Of a DNA stretch of 64,000 bases, positions 11,993 through 23,799 are shown in pieces. Origin of the DNA: Eukaryota sp. GEM-RC1 (taxonomy: Eukaryota). The stretch covers positions 1,674,001 through 1,738,000 of the forward strand of contig JAUFOQ010000013.1 of assembly GCA_040285855.1 (NCBI GenBank), in the 5' to 3' direction. How positions within the stretch are numbered: the stretch's first letter is position 1; each line of letters begins with the position of its first letter. The position numbers and the translations under genes were made by a program. Under the pieces are notes generated by a model. It was not told the origin of the DNA, made no database searches, and was given only the letters and a program-made list of their open reading frames with translations.

Positions 11993-12939
11993 TTAAAAAA
12001 GACATTCTATTTTTGTGTAGTGATTTTAACGACTGTTGTGTTTGACTGTTGATTGAGTTGTTATCTAGATAAATCGTAGTAATTGAAGAATTCACCTTCA
12101 ACGCTTCAGCAATTGCAATAGCTCCTTCATTACCAATTGAGTTGTGCCTTAGATAAATCCTAGAAACTGAAGAATTCACCTTCAAAGCTTCAGCAATTGC
12201 AATAGCTCCTTCATTACCAATTGAGTTGTGCCTTAGATAAATCCTAGAAACTGAAGAATTCACCTTCAAAGCTTCAGCAATTGCAATAGCTCCTTCACTA
12301 CCAATTGAGTTGTTACCTAGAGAAATCTCAGAAACTGAAGAATTCACCTTCAAAGATTCAGCAATTGCAATAGCTCCATCACTACCAATTGAGTTGTTAC
12401 CTAGAGAAATCGTAGAAACTGAAGAATTCACCTTCAAAGCTTCAGCAATTGCAATAGCTCCTTCACTACCAATTGAGTTGTTATCTAGATAAATCGTAGT
12501 AACTGAAGAATTCACCTTCAAAGCTTCAGCAATTGCAATAGCTCCTTCAGGACCAATTGAGTTGTTATCTAGATAAATCGTAGTAACTGAAGAATTCACC
12601 TTCAAAGCTTCAGCAATTGCAATAGCTCCTTCAGGACCAATTGAGTTGTGCCTTAGATAAATCCTAGAAACTGAAAAAATTCACATTCAAAGCTTCAGCA
12701 ATTGCAATAGCTCCTTCATTACCAATTGAGTTGTTATCTAGATGGATCGTAGAAACTGAAGAATTCACCTTCAAAGCTTCAGCAATTGCAATAGCTCCTT
12801 CATTACCAATTGAGTTGTTATCTAGATGGATCGTAGAAACTGAAGAATTCACCTTCAAAGCTTCAGCAATTGCAATTGCTCCTTCAGGACCAATTGAGTT
12901 GTTATATAGATTGATCGTAGAAACCTCATTTCTCACCAT
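11993..12939 (-). pseudogene. LRR-only cassette, 11 modules, frameshifted
   Basis: Frameshift at ~12675 (GAAAAAATTCACATT versus consensus GAAGAATTCACCTT), plus an extra A in the terminal homopolymer. Confidence 0.7.
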
Positions 12940-13245
12940 TTCATCTCAACAATTGTAATAATGAAACTGTATGTTGGTAATTCGATGGTAAATGTATACT
13001 ATAAATTAACAATATTTCAGATACTAATAAATCTCTGTTGTTGTTGAGAACAATAGCAAGAGCACCAGTAAATAACGTGTGTTATTCACGAGGGTACTTA
13101 AAATGTGTACCTGAACATCTGCTAAACTACTATGATATTTGACTCTGTAGCGGAGTTTTGTTTGGGATAATGTTTGTTCTGAGCAAAATGATTTTTCAAG
13201 TGTGCATTACATTCATCGTTTAATTATGGTGCTTTTGATGAGAAA

Positions 13246-14157
13246 TTAATTATGATTAATGACAAATGTGATTTTTATAAACAATGAAAACTTGTTTAAA
13301 AAAGACATTCTATTTTTGTGTAGTGATTTTAACGACTGTTGTGTTTGACTGTTGATTGAGTTGTTATCTAGATAAATCGTAGTAATTGAAGAATTCACCT
13401 TCAACGCTTCAGCAATTGCAATAGCTCCTTCATTACCAATTGAGTTGTGCCTTAGATAAATCCTAGAAACTGAAGAATTCACCTTCAAAGCTTCAGCAAT
13501 TGCAATAGCTCCTTCACTACCAATTGAGTTGTTACCTAGAGAAATCTCAGAAACTGAAGAATTCACCTTCAAAGCTTCAGCAATTGCAATAGCTCCTTCA
13601 CTACCAATTGAGTTGTTACCTAGAGAAATCGTAGAAACTGAAGAATTCACCTTCAAAGCTTCAGCAATTGCAATAGCTCCTTCAGGACCAATTGAGTTGT
13701 TATCTAGATAAATCGTAGTAACTGAAGAATTCACCTTCAAAGCTTCAGCAATTGCAATAGCTCCTTCAGGACCAATTGAGTTGTTATCTAGATAAATCGT
13801 AGTAACTGAAGAATTCACCTTCAAAGCTTCAGCAATTGCAATAGCTCCTTCAGGACCAATTGAGTTGTGCCTTAGATAAATCCTAGAAACTGAAGAATTC
13901 ACCTTCAAAGCTTCAGCAATTGCAATAGCTCCTTCATTACCAATTAAGTTGTTATCTAGATGGATCGTAGAAACTGAAGAATTCACCTTCAAAGCTTCAG
14001 CAATTGCAATAGCTCCTTCATTACCAATTGAGTTGTTATCTAGATGGATCGTAGAAACTGAAGAATTCACCTTCAAAGCTTCAGCAATTGCAATTGCTCC
14101 TTCAGGACCAATTGAGTTGTTATATAGATTGATCGTAGAAACCTCATTTCTCACCAT
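13246..14157 (-). CDS. LRR-only cassette, 10 modules (C-terminus extended 17 aa by a homopolymer +1)
   Basis: 303-aa ORF; TTTAAAAAAGAC here versus TTTAAAAAGAC in sister copies. Confidence 0.65.
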   Translation of the reverse strand: MVRNEVSTINLYNNSIGPEGAIAIAEALKVNSSVSTIHLDNNSIGNEGAIAIAEALKVNSSVSTIHLDNNLIGNEGAIAIAEALKVNSSVSRIYLRHNSIGPEGAIAIAEALKVNSSVTTIYLDNNSIGPEGAIAIAEALKVNSSVTTIYLDNNSIGPEGAIAIAEALKVNSSVSTISLGNNSIGSEGAIAIAEALKVNSSVSEISLGNNSIGSEGAIAIAEALKVNSSVSRIYLRHNSIGNEGAIAIAEALKVNSSITTIYLDNNSINSQTQQSLKSLHKNRMSFLNKFSLFIKITFVINHN

Positions 14158-14513
14158 TTCATCTCAACAATTGTAATAATGAAACTGTATGTTGGTAATT
14201 CGATGGTAAATGTATACTATAAATTAACAATATTTCAGATACTAATAAATCTCTGTTGTTGTTGAGAACAATAGCAAGAGCACCAGTAAATAACGTGTGT
14301 TATTCACGAGGGTACTTAAAATGTGTACCTGAACATCTGCTAAACTACTATGATATTTGACTCTGTAGCGGAGTTTTGTTTGGGATAATGTTTGTTCTGA
14401 GCAAAATGATTTTTCAAGTGTGCATTACATTCATCGTTTAATTATGGTGCTTTTGATGAGAAATTAATTATGATTAATGACAAATGTGATTTTTATAAAC
14501 AATGAAAACTTGT

Positions 14514-15794
14514 TTAAAAAGACATTCTATTTTTGTGTAGTGATTTTAACGACTGTTGTGTTTGACTGTTGATTGAGTTGTTATCTAGATAAATCGTAGT
14601 AATTGAAGAATTCACCTTCAAAGCTTCAGCAATTGCAATAGCTCCTTCACTACCAATTGAGTTGTGCCTTAGATAAATCTCAGAAACTGAAGAATTCACC
14701 TTCAAAGCTTCAGCAATTGCAATAGCTCCTTCACTACCAATTGAGTTGTTACCTAGAGAAATCGTAGTAACTGAAGAATTCACCTTCAAAGCTTCAGCAA
14801 TTGCAATAGCTCCTTCATTACCAATTGAGTTGTGCCTTAGATAAATCCTAGAAACTGAAGAATTCACCTTCAAAGCTTCAGCAATTGCAATAGCTCCTTC
14901 ACTACCAATTGAGTTGTTACCTAGAGAAATCGTAGAAACTGAAGAATTCACCTTCAAAGCTTCAGCAATTGCAATAGCTCCTTCAGGACCAATTGAGTTT
15001 TCAGCTAGATAAATCTCAGAAACTGAAGAATTCACCTTCAAAGCTTCAGCAATTGCAATAGCTCCTTCATTACCAATTGAGTTGTTATCTAGATCGATCC
15101 TAGAAACTGAAGAATTCACCTTCAAAGCTTCAGCAATTGCAATAGCTCCTTCACTACCAATTGAGTTGTTACCTAGAGAAATCGTAGAAACTGAAGAATT
15201 CACCTTCAAAGCTTCAGCAATTGTAATAGCTCCTTCATTACCAATTGAGTTGTTATCTAGATAAATCGTAGAAACTGAAGAATTCACCTTCAAAGCTTCA
15301 GCAATTGCAATAGCTCCTTCAGGACCAATTGAGTTGTTATCTAGATAAATCGTAGTAACTGAAGAATTCACCTTCAAAGCTTCAGCAATTGCAATAGCTC
15401 CTTCATTACCAATTGAGTTGTGCCTTAGATAAATCCTAGAAACTGAAGAATTCACCTTCAAAGCTTCAGCAATTGCAATAGCTCCTTCATTACCAATTGA
15501 GTTGTGCCTTAGATAAATCCTAGAAACTGAAGAATTCACCTTCAAAGCTTCAGCAATTGCAATAGCTCCTTCACTACCAATTGAGTTGTTACCTAGAGAA
15601 ATCTCAGAAACTGAAGAATTCACCTTCAAAGCTTCAGCAATTGCAATAGCTCCTTCACTACCAATTGAGTTGTTACCTAGAGAAATCGTAGAAACTGAAG
15701 AATTCACCTTCAAAGCTTCAGCAATTGCAATTGCTCCTTCAGGACCAATTGAGTTGTTATATAGATTGATCGTAGAAACCTCATTTCTCACCAT
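14514..15794 (-). CDS. LRR-only cassette, 15 modules
   Basis: Intact ORF of 426 aa = 6 + 15x28. Confidence 0.7.
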   Translation of the reverse strand: MVRNEVSTINLYNNSIGPEGAIAIAEALKVNSSVSTISLGNNSIGSEGAIAIAEALKVNSSVSEISLGNNSIGSEGAIAIAEALKVNSSVSRIYLRHNSIGNEGAIAIAEALKVNSSVSRIYLRHNSIGNEGAIAIAEALKVNSSVTTIYLDNNSIGPEGAIAIAEALKVNSSVSTIYLDNNSIGNEGAITIAEALKVNSSVSTISLGNNSIGSEGAIAIAEALKVNSSVSRIDLDNNSIGNEGAIAIAEALKVNSSVSEIYLAENSIGPEGAIAIAEALKVNSSVSTISLGNNSIGSEGAIAIAEALKVNSSVSRIYLRHNSIGNEGAIAIAEALKVNSSVTTISLGNNSIGSEGAIAIAEALKVNSSVSEIYLRHNSIGSEGAIAIAEALKVNSSITTIYLDNNSINSQTQQSLKSLHKNRMSF

Positions 15795-16150
15795 TTCATC
15801 TCAACAATTGTAATAATGAAACTGTATGTTGGTAATTCGATGGTAAATGTATACTATAAATTAACAATATTTCAGATACTAATAAATCTCTGTTGTTGTT
15901 GAGAACAATAGCAAGAGCACCAGTAAATAACGTGTGTTATTCACGAGGGTACTTAAAATGTGTACCTGAACATCTGCTAAACTACTATGATATTTGACTC
16001 TGTAGCGGAGTTTTGTTTGGGATAATGTTTGTTCTGAGCAAAATGATTTTTCAAGTGTGCATTACATTCATCGTTTAATTATGGTGCTTTTGATGAGAAA
16101 TTAATTATGATTAATGACAAATGTGATTTTTATAAACAATGAAAACTTGT

Positions 16151-17179
16151 TTAAAAAGACATTCTATTTTTGTGTAGTGATTTTAACGACTGTTGTGTTT
16201 GACTGTTGATTGAGTTGTTATCTAGATAAATCGTAGTAATTGAAGAATTCACCTTCAAAGCTTCAGCAATTGCAATAGCTCCTTCATTACCAATTGAGTT
16301 GTGCCTTAGATAAATCCTAGAAACTGAAGAATTCACCTTCAAAGCTTCAGCAATTGCAATAGCTCCTTCATTACCAATTGAGTTGTGCCTTAGATAAATC
16401 CTAGAAACTGAAGAATTCACCTTCAAAGCTTCAGCAATTGCAATAGCTCCTTCACTACCAATTGAGTTGTTACCTAGAGAAATCTCAGAAACTGAAGAAT
16501 TCACCTTCAAAGCTTCAGCAATTGCAATAGCTCCTTCACTACCAATTGAGTTGTTACCTAGAAAAATCTCAGAAACTGAAGAATTCACCTTCAAAGCTTC
16601 AGCAATTGCAATAGCTCCTTCACTACCAATTGAGTTGTTACCTAGAGAAATCGTAGAAACTGAAGAATTCACCTTCAAAGCTTCAGCAATTGTAATAGCT
16701 CCTTCATTACCAATTGAGTTGTTATCTAGATAAATCGTAGAAACTGAAGAATTCACCTTCAAAGCTTCAGCAATTGCAATAGCTCCTTCAGGACCAATTG
16801 AGTTGTTATCTAGATAAATCGTAGTAACTGAAGAATTCACCTTCAAAGCTTCAGCAATTGCAATAGCTCCTTCAGGACCAATTGAGTTGTGCCTTAGATA
16901 AATCCTAGAAACTGAAGAATTCACCTTCAAAGCTTCAGCAATTGCAATAGCTCCTTCATTACCAATTGAGTTGTTATCTAGATGGATCGTAGAAACTGAA
17001 GAATTCACCTTCAAAGCTTCAGCAATTGCAATAGCTCCTTCATTACCAATTGAGTTGTTATCTAGATGGATCGTAGAAACTGAAGAATTCACCTTCAAAG
17101 CTTCAGCAATTGCAATAGCTCCTTCAGGACCAATTGAGTTGTTATATAGATTGATCGTAGAAACCTCATTTCTCACCAT
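16151..17179 (-). CDS. LRR-only cassette, 12 modules
   Basis: Intact ORF of 342 aa = 6 + 12x28. Confidence 0.7.
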   Translation of the reverse strand: MVRNEVSTINLYNNSIGPEGAIAIAEALKVNSSVSTIHLDNNSIGNEGAIAIAEALKVNSSVSTIHLDNNSIGNEGAIAIAEALKVNSSVSRIYLRHNSIGPEGAIAIAEALKVNSSVTTIYLDNNSIGPEGAIAIAEALKVNSSVSTIYLDNNSIGNEGAITIAEALKVNSSVSTISLGNNSIGSEGAIAIAEALKVNSSVSEIFLGNNSIGSEGAIAIAEALKVNSSVSEISLGNNSIGSEGAIAIAEALKVNSSVSRIYLRHNSIGNEGAIAIAEALKVNSSVSRIYLRHNSIGNEGAIAIAEALKVNSSITTIYLDNNSINSQTQQSLKSLHKNRMSF

Positions 17180-17485
17180 TTCATCTCAACAATTGTAATA
17201 ATGAAACTGTATGTTGGTAATTCGATGGTAAATGTATACTATAAATTAACAATATTTCAGATACTAATAAATCTCTGTTGTTGTTGAGAACAATAGCAAG
17301 AGCACCAGTAAATAACGTGTGTTATTCACGAGGGTACTTAAAATGTGTACCTGAACATCTGCTAAACTACTATGATATTTGACTCTGTAGCGGAGTTTTG
17401 TTTGGGATAATGTTTGTTCTGAGCAAAATGATTTTTCAAGTGTGCATTACATTCATCGTTTAATTATGGTGCTTTTGATGAGAAA

Positions 17486-17809
17486 TTAATTATGATTAAT
17501 GACAAATGTGATTTTTATAAACAATGAAAACTTGTTTAAAAAAGACATTCTATTTTTGTGTAGTGATTTTAACGACTGTTGTGTTTGACTGTTGATTGAG
17601 TTGTTATCTAGATAAATCGTAGTAACTGAAGAATTCACCTTCAAAGCTTCAGCAATTGCAATAGCTCCTTCATTACCAATTGAGTTGTTATCTAGATGGA
17701 TCGTAGAAACTAAAGAATTCACCTTCAAAGCTTCAGCAATTGCAATTGCTCCTTCAGGACCAATTGAGTTGTTATATAGATTGATCGTAGAAACCTCATT
17801 TCTCACCAT
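17486..17809 (-). CDS. LRR-only cassette, 3 modules
   Basis: Short ORF with the same start and C-terminal cap as its sisters. Confidence 0.55.
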   Translation of the reverse strand: MVRNEVSTINLYNNSIGPEGAIAIAEALKVNSLVSTIHLDNNSIGNEGAIAIAEALKVNSSVTTIYLDNNSINSQTQQSLKSLHKNRMSFLNKFSLFIKITFVINHN

Positions 17810-18115
17810 TTCATCTCAACAATTGTAATAATGAAACTGTATGTTGGTAATTCGATGGTAAATGTATACTATAAATTAACAATATTTCAGATACTAATAA
17901 ATCTCTGTTGTTGTTGAGAACAATAGCAAGAGCACCAGTAAATAACGTGTGTTATTCACGAGGGTACTTAAAATGTGTACCTGAACATCTGCTAAACTAC
18001 TATGATATTTGACTCTGTAGCGGAGTTTTGTTTGGGATAATGTTTGTTCTGAGCAAAATGATTTTTCAAGTGTGCATTACATTCATCGTTTAATTATGGT
18101 GCTTTTGATGAGAAA

Positions 18116-20122
18116 TTAATTATGATTAATGACAAATGTGATTTTTATAAACAATGAAAACTTGTTTAAAAAAGACATTCTATTTTTGTGTAGTGATTTT
18201 AACGACTGTTGTGTTTGACTGTTGATTGAGTTGTTATCTAGATAAATCGTAGTAATTGAAGAATTCACCTTCAAAGCTTCAGCAATTGCAATAGCTCCTT
18301 CACTACCAATTGAGTTGTGCCTTAGATAAATCTCAGAAACTGAAGAATTCACCTTCAAAGCTTCAGCAATTGCAATAGCTCCTTCACTACCAATTGAGTT
18401 GTTACCTAGAGAAATCGTAGTAACTGAAGAATTCACCTTCAAAGCTTCAGCAATTGCAATAGCTCCTTCATTACCAATTGAGTTGTGCCTTAGATAAATC
18501 CTAGAAACTGAAGAATTCACCTTCAAAGCTTCAGCAATTGCAATAGCTCCTTCACTACCAATTGAGTTGTTACCTAGAGAAATCGTAGAAACTGAAGAAT
18601 TCACCTTCAAAGCTTCAGCAATTGCAATAGCTCCTTCAGGACCAATTGAGTTGTTATCTAGATCGATCCTAGAAACTGAAGAATTCACCTTCAAAGCTTC
18701 AGCAATTGCAATAGCTCCTTCACTACCAATTGAGTTGTTACCTAGAGAAATCGTAGAAACTGAAGAATTCACCTTCAAAGCTTCAGCAATTGTAATAGCT
18801 CCTTCATTACCAATTGAGTTGTTATCTAGATAAATCGTAGAAACTGAAGAATTCACCTTCAAAGCTTCAGCAATTGCAATAGCTCCTTCAGGACCAATTG
18901 AGTTGTTATCTAGATAAATCGTAGTAACTGAAGAATTCACCTTCAAAGCTTCAGCAATTGCAATAGCTCCTTCAGGACCAATTGAGTTGTGCCTTAGATA
19001 AATCCTAGAAACTGAAGAATTCACCTTCAAAGCTTCAGCAATTGCAATAGCTCCTTCATTACCAATTGAGTTGTTATCTAGATCGATCCTAGAAACCTCA
19101 TTTCTCACCATTTCATCATAACAATTCTTCAACTTCGAACTAAGCTTGCTCCAATCAATAACAAGCTCCTTCTCTTCAACTTGTTGTACAAGGCACGCAC
19201 TTTCAATAGACTTGATTGGCGAAGGAGTGTCATCTAGAAGCCTAGCAGAAGCAACATTGGACTCCGAAACAACGGAAAGAGAGGCCAAACGACGAGAAGC
19301 TTCGGAGTGAATAGAGCAAAGTTCTTCATTTAAAGAGGAGATGATAGCGGATTGGTTGTTAAGTAGGGTGGAAGTTGTGGTAATGAAGTTTTCGCCGATC
19401 TTTGGTTTAAAGATAACAGGCTTACCTGATTTTAAGTCATTCATGATGGTAACAGAGTCTAACATAGTTTCTTGCAGCATATCAGTTAGAGTTTCTTTCA
19501 TTTGAGCAAATCCAGATGCCGCTTGTTGGAGAGCATTTTCTGTACACTTTCCGACGGTTTCTACAGCAACAGCTAGTTCTTGATTGATGGCATTAATGCC
19601 ATGTTCTACAGCAGATCTTCCTTCGTCAAACGGAAGCAAATTCTTCTTGTGCTGGTCGTGGTCCCCAAGGATAGCACAAATTGAGCAAAGCGCAACAGAA
19701 CAAGAAGTACAGAAGAGGTCAAAGGATTTGGACGGATGGATCGGACATTTAGGCACAATGGAGGCGTGTTTCTTTTGCAGCGGAATTGCAACGTGGGTAC
19801 GTAAGAGTTTCGGCCGATGAATGTCCTTAAAACATTGGTCGCATAAATCAGCGTCACATTCTGCGCAATAACAAGTGGCAACAGCTTCATCACACTCAAT
19901 ACAAATAGACTCACCCTGACCAGCAACGAAGGCTTCAACAGCTTCTTTCAACTTGTAGTTAGGACACAGCCTTGACTTGTCCACTTCAGCTCTACAAATT
20001 GGACATCCGTCATGAGAAACAAGCCACTCCTGTAAATCCGACATACAAAAGGTGTGGCCACACCAAGTAGTTACCGGATTCTTGAGAATTTCATGACATA
20101 TATCACATAGATAGTGAGACAT
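18116..20122 (-). CDS. TRIM-like protein: RING, B-box, B-box, coiled coil, 11 LRR modules (putative E3 ubiquitin ligase)
   Basis: RING CDICHEILKNPVTTWCGHTFC...CPICR; B-box1 CIECDE..ATCYCAECDADLCDQCFKDIH...H; B-box2 CPIHP...LFCTSCSVALCSICAILGDHDQH; then a helical segment and LRRs. The true stop may be at ~18165 if the A-run is one base too long. Confidence 0.92.
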   Translation of the reverse strand: MSHYLCDICHEILKNPVTTWCGHTFCMSDLQEWLVSHDGCPICRAEVDKSRLCPNYKLKEAVEAFVAGQGESICIECDEAVATCYCAECDADLCDQCFKDIHRPKLLRTHVAIPLQKKHASIVPKCPIHPSKSFDLFCTSCSVALCSICAILGDHDQHKKNLLPFDEGRSAVEHGINAINQELAVAVETVGKCTENALQQAASGFAQMKETLTDMLQETMLDSVTIMNDLKSGKPVIFKPKIGENFITTTSTLLNNQSAIISSLNEELCSIHSEASRRLASLSVVSESNVASARLLDDTPSPIKSIESACLVQQVEEKELVIDWSKLSSKLKNCYDEMVRNEVSRIDLDNNSIGNEGAIAIAEALKVNSSVSRIYLRHNSIGPEGAIAIAEALKVNSSVTTIYLDNNSIGPEGAIAIAEALKVNSSVSTIYLDNNSIGNEGAITIAEALKVNSSVSTISLGNNSIGSEGAIAIAEALKVNSSVSRIDLDNNSIGPEGAIAIAEALKVNSSVSTISLGNNSIGSEGAIAIAEALKVNSSVSRIYLRHNSIGNEGAIAIAEALKVNSSVTTISLGNNSIGSEGAIAIAEALKVNSSVSEIYLRHNSIGSEGAIAIAEALKVNSSITTIYLDNNSINSQTQQSLKSLHKNRMSFLNKFSLFIKITFVINHN

Positions 20123-20735
20123 TTTAAGGAGAAAATTGAACTTGGACTTCAGATTTCATTGTGGAAAACTAAATTCATTTTGTCGCACGACAATTTTTTT
20201 CTCCTTTCAGGTACTTTCTCAACCTCTTCAAACAGTTAAACTACCATTTATAAGCCGACTTCAATACCTGATCTTTGCAAAATTTCCATATACCCGATCT
20301 AGCTTAACCGGGATCATGCGTTTTTTCTTTTTGACATCCAGAAAGAGTAAAGAACAGAGAGTTTTGTTGTTGGAATGTTGCTGTTCTTAGGCAGCAAAAG
20401 AAACAAAGGCTATACTTAAGACATGAGCTTACTCTTTTCATCACAAAGCATCTGTTCTTTTCGTTATCCTCTTGTGACTACGATTTTAGGTGTGGCTGTA
20501 GTTGTTGAATAAATTACCCTATCTTTTGGTATACCTCTTGTAGTTTCTCTCCTTTAAGAACGACCTTCTCTAAGAGTGTTAATGCTACTATTGTCGTGCC
20601 ACTGGTTTGAAAGGGTTCTTCTCTTCACATCACATATTCTACGTATTACGATCTCAGAACATGTTCTCTGGATTTGTCTCTTTCAACATCTGTTAGATTC
20701 TCAATTTCCCCGGTTTCTGTTTCAGTTACTGAAAT

Positions 20736-21221
20736 CAGTGTTGCACGAAACGTTTTCCTATCCCACGTTTCCGTTTCCGAAACGTTTAAGAAACGTTAAT
20801 GACTCCAAGGAAACGCATCCGAAACCTCACTAAATGGTTCCAAAACTTGATGATTACCGGTAATGTCTTACGTATGTCTTAAGTATGTTCCATTCATTGT
20901 ACTTTCTTGGTATTTATATGAATGTTACCAATAAAATTGGATGTACAGTAGCAAACCACTGAAACGAAAACACTTGCCGGCATAGCTGTAGTTTTTGATC
21001 CAATTCTCTCTCTAAATTTCATAACATCGGGTACAATCCATAACAACATGTATGACATCTGCTCATACAAAATAACTGGTAAAAATCTATTATCCCAGTC
21101 AAATGGAATTTTTTCGAAGATAAATTGTTGGTGGAGAAAAATAGGGACGCAGAACCATAAATGACGTTTCGGAAACGGAAACGCGTTTCCATATGAATTT
21201 CACACGTTTCATGCAACACTA
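20736..21221. mobile_element. hAT-like non-autonomous element
   Basis: Ends CAGTGTTGCACGAAACG and CGTTTCATGCAACACTA. Subterminal CGTTTCCGTTTCCGAAACG and CGTTTCGGAAACGGAAACG are inverted copies. No clear TSD. Confidence 0.7.
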
Positions 21222-23799
21222 CCAAATTTGTAATCCTGTTTGGCAGACTATCTTCTTCTTCAGTAACTCTCCGTTGCTTCCTATATAGTCTGATGCTTGT
21301 AACTATATCATCCTTTCTCCAAACACTTATAATTTACTTCCTCAATGTGACTACGATCATGTATTATCTGAAGCAAAGTTTGAGGTACCTTAAAATCTCT
21401 ACTACATCCTATCTAAAACCTGTGTTTCTCCTATCGCTTCGTCACCAAGCATGGGTCGGTTAAAATCGTTTTTTTTTTCGATTCTTCTCCATTACCTTGG
21501 GTTATATCGCACAAAGTAAATAGAATGTGTTATTTGTTTTTCAGCCAAGTTTTGGAGTATAACTACATCTACTGGTGAAGCAGTGTCACAACTACAGCCC
21601 TTTTCTCAATGTTTCACAATCAAGAAACTAATGTTTCTCTGATAAGTCAGTCATTGATTTAAGTGAAATCATCAATGTTCAACAGGCCTTTGACTTTTGT
21701 GGCTTTATATTGTCTGATGAAGATTTCCTGAATGGTATTAGTCCAATTCAGGTAAACGGTTTGGTAAACTTCATTTTAAGTAATGATTCTATAGAGTTTG
21801 AGGATCTTTTGAATATTATTGGAGTACTATCGGTTCCAAAATCTAAATCATTCTAATTGCTATCCATCAACATTCATTTGGTTATGTTGGGTGTTTGCAT
21901 TCATTTTGAAACTGAGTTGGAAAGTATTACCCAAGCTTCTCGGAGCGAATATTTTTTAATAGTACATGTAGATTCTTTTAAATTATTATAGGTATATTTA
22001 TTGTTATGGTCACGACTCATGGTTCAAATGAGTAGAAAGGATAATCAACAGTTTCTTCAGTTCAATTTCTTCTATTTTTATAGATATTGAGGGCATATAT
22101 GTGTACTGCGTGGGATGTCGACGTAAGATGGAAAACGAAAATCCATTAATTTGTTAATGATTGGACATATTGATTAGTCCGGCATTTACTTTGAAAATAT
22201 GATCTCGAACAAACTGGTGGATGTAAATGGGAGATTTTTGTTTCAAGAGAGTTATAGATTTCTAAAAAGCTCAATTATCATCTGAATTTCAGGTTTTTAT
22301 GAACATGTAGAAAATTTCACGATGTGATACAAAAACACAAAATCTTGTTGAAATGACGCACAGATATCAGAAGTTTCAGCATGTAATTGTATTAACTTGG
22401 GTCGTCGGAGTAGGTGGGTTTTAATATTTACAATATTATTAAAAATAATAAATTTAATATCTATGATATTATGTGACATATGATGAGTGAAGTCTGCAAT
22501 CCATTAAAGCTGAATACGATGTATAATGAAAGCAGCAGGCATTATATCATAGTAGCAGCTCTGGACAACATACTCCCTGTATGTATAGCGAGGATTTACT
22601 CGATGATGAAGCAAAAGTATGCGTCACTCCATTTGACTCCCACAGCCAGTTATCAGACATAACTGGCTGTATGATAGCCAGCAACATACAATCCCTCAAA
22701 GTAACAGAGGTCGTCCACAACGTACTCAACAAAAGGTAAGGTGGTTTTAAAATGTCCCAAGTATAGCCTCCACCTAAGAAATGTCTGTTTTCATGTTGCA
22801 ACAATGCATATCATCTTCTTATCATCTTCTTTATACTTAAGTAGACGTATACGTTCACTGCGGTCCTTGATAAAAACTGTTACATTTTCACTACCTCATG
22901 CATCGCCTACGTTTTTGGAGCTGCTTTCTCCTTCCCTTTTGAAAGAAAATGTAAGCATCTTCGTTTCTCCAGTATTGTTGTAGTTATAGCGTTGTGTAAT
23001 TTCATATTAGGTTTTTATCTTCCCCCTTACATCTATAGAGGTTCTTCTCCGTATAAAGGTTCTCCTCTTTATAGTATGTCCCATTATAGTGCACAAAGAC
23101 CAATAGTATAATATATTTCTTGTCATCCGTGAAGTTTGCTCCTTAATTTTTTCATTTGATTCCCTCTTGATCTCTTCAGAACAATGTATATTTCGCTACG
23201 TAGACCTTTCAATGACACTTGTCAATCTCTCTTAGTTACTTCAACTGTTGTCGAGTTGATTATTCAAATAGCTCCTCTTATTGACTCAGCAATTGCTCTT
23301 GCAGAAGTATTTTATTGCAATACTTCAATGAAAACAGTTACTCTGTCTGTGACTCCCGGTTTTATCGTTATGCTATTATTCTCTTTTCACCACTTTCAAC
23401 TAATTCAATGTTAAACTCAATTGATTTATCTAATTTTAAATAGTTCAAGTATTGAAAGTTTTTTGTTTCCAGGTTGTTGTGGTTTTTTTCTACAATATTT
23501 GATAGTCTGAAGGAGCAGTCATATCTTAATGGAATTTTTTTTTGAAAATTTTAGCTTCAATAGTGCACATCTCACGGAGTTTTAAAATTCAATGATTTTT
23601 TGAAAATGATAACTTCAACGAAATGCTCCTCCGATTTTTAATTCTCTGGAATCTTATGCTTCCTTGTCAAAATTACTTCTTAAGCCGAACAAGTATCTCA
23701 ACAACCAAGAACTCGAGTCCTTAGGTCAAACGTTGCAAATACTTGTTCATCTGTTCTAAACTTTCACGACATATTTATTAGTTCATTTCAGACTCAGCA

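Larger units (their letters stand above)
6222..19420 (-). repeat. Tandem array of LRR cassettes (~360-bp spacer plus n x 84-bp LRR modules)
   Basis: A near-identical spacer recurs at 10420, 11640, 12940, 14160, 15795, 17180 and 17810. The 84-bp unit ACTGAAGAATTCACCTTCAAAGCTTCAGCAATTGCAATAGCTCCTTCA... is repeated about 100 times. Confidence 0.97.

Noticed and set aside
6718..18833. Plus-strand ORFs such as MLSRWIVETEEFTFKASAIAIAPS
   Set aside because: Antisense shadows of the LRR coding repeats.
6486..19110. CRISPR-like appearance (constant repeat alternating with a short variable segment)
   Set aside because: The period is exactly 84 bp in an open reading frame encoding LRRs, the variable segments recur many times, and there are no cas genes.
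21500..21860. Possible EF-hand/calmodulin-like remnant
   Set aside because: Only weak resemblance (IDLSEI, SIEFEDLLNII), with stops; cannot be supported.
23184..23414. Fragment SAIALAEVFYCNTSMKTVTL resembling one LRR module
   Set aside because: A single degenerate unit with no surrounding ORF support.
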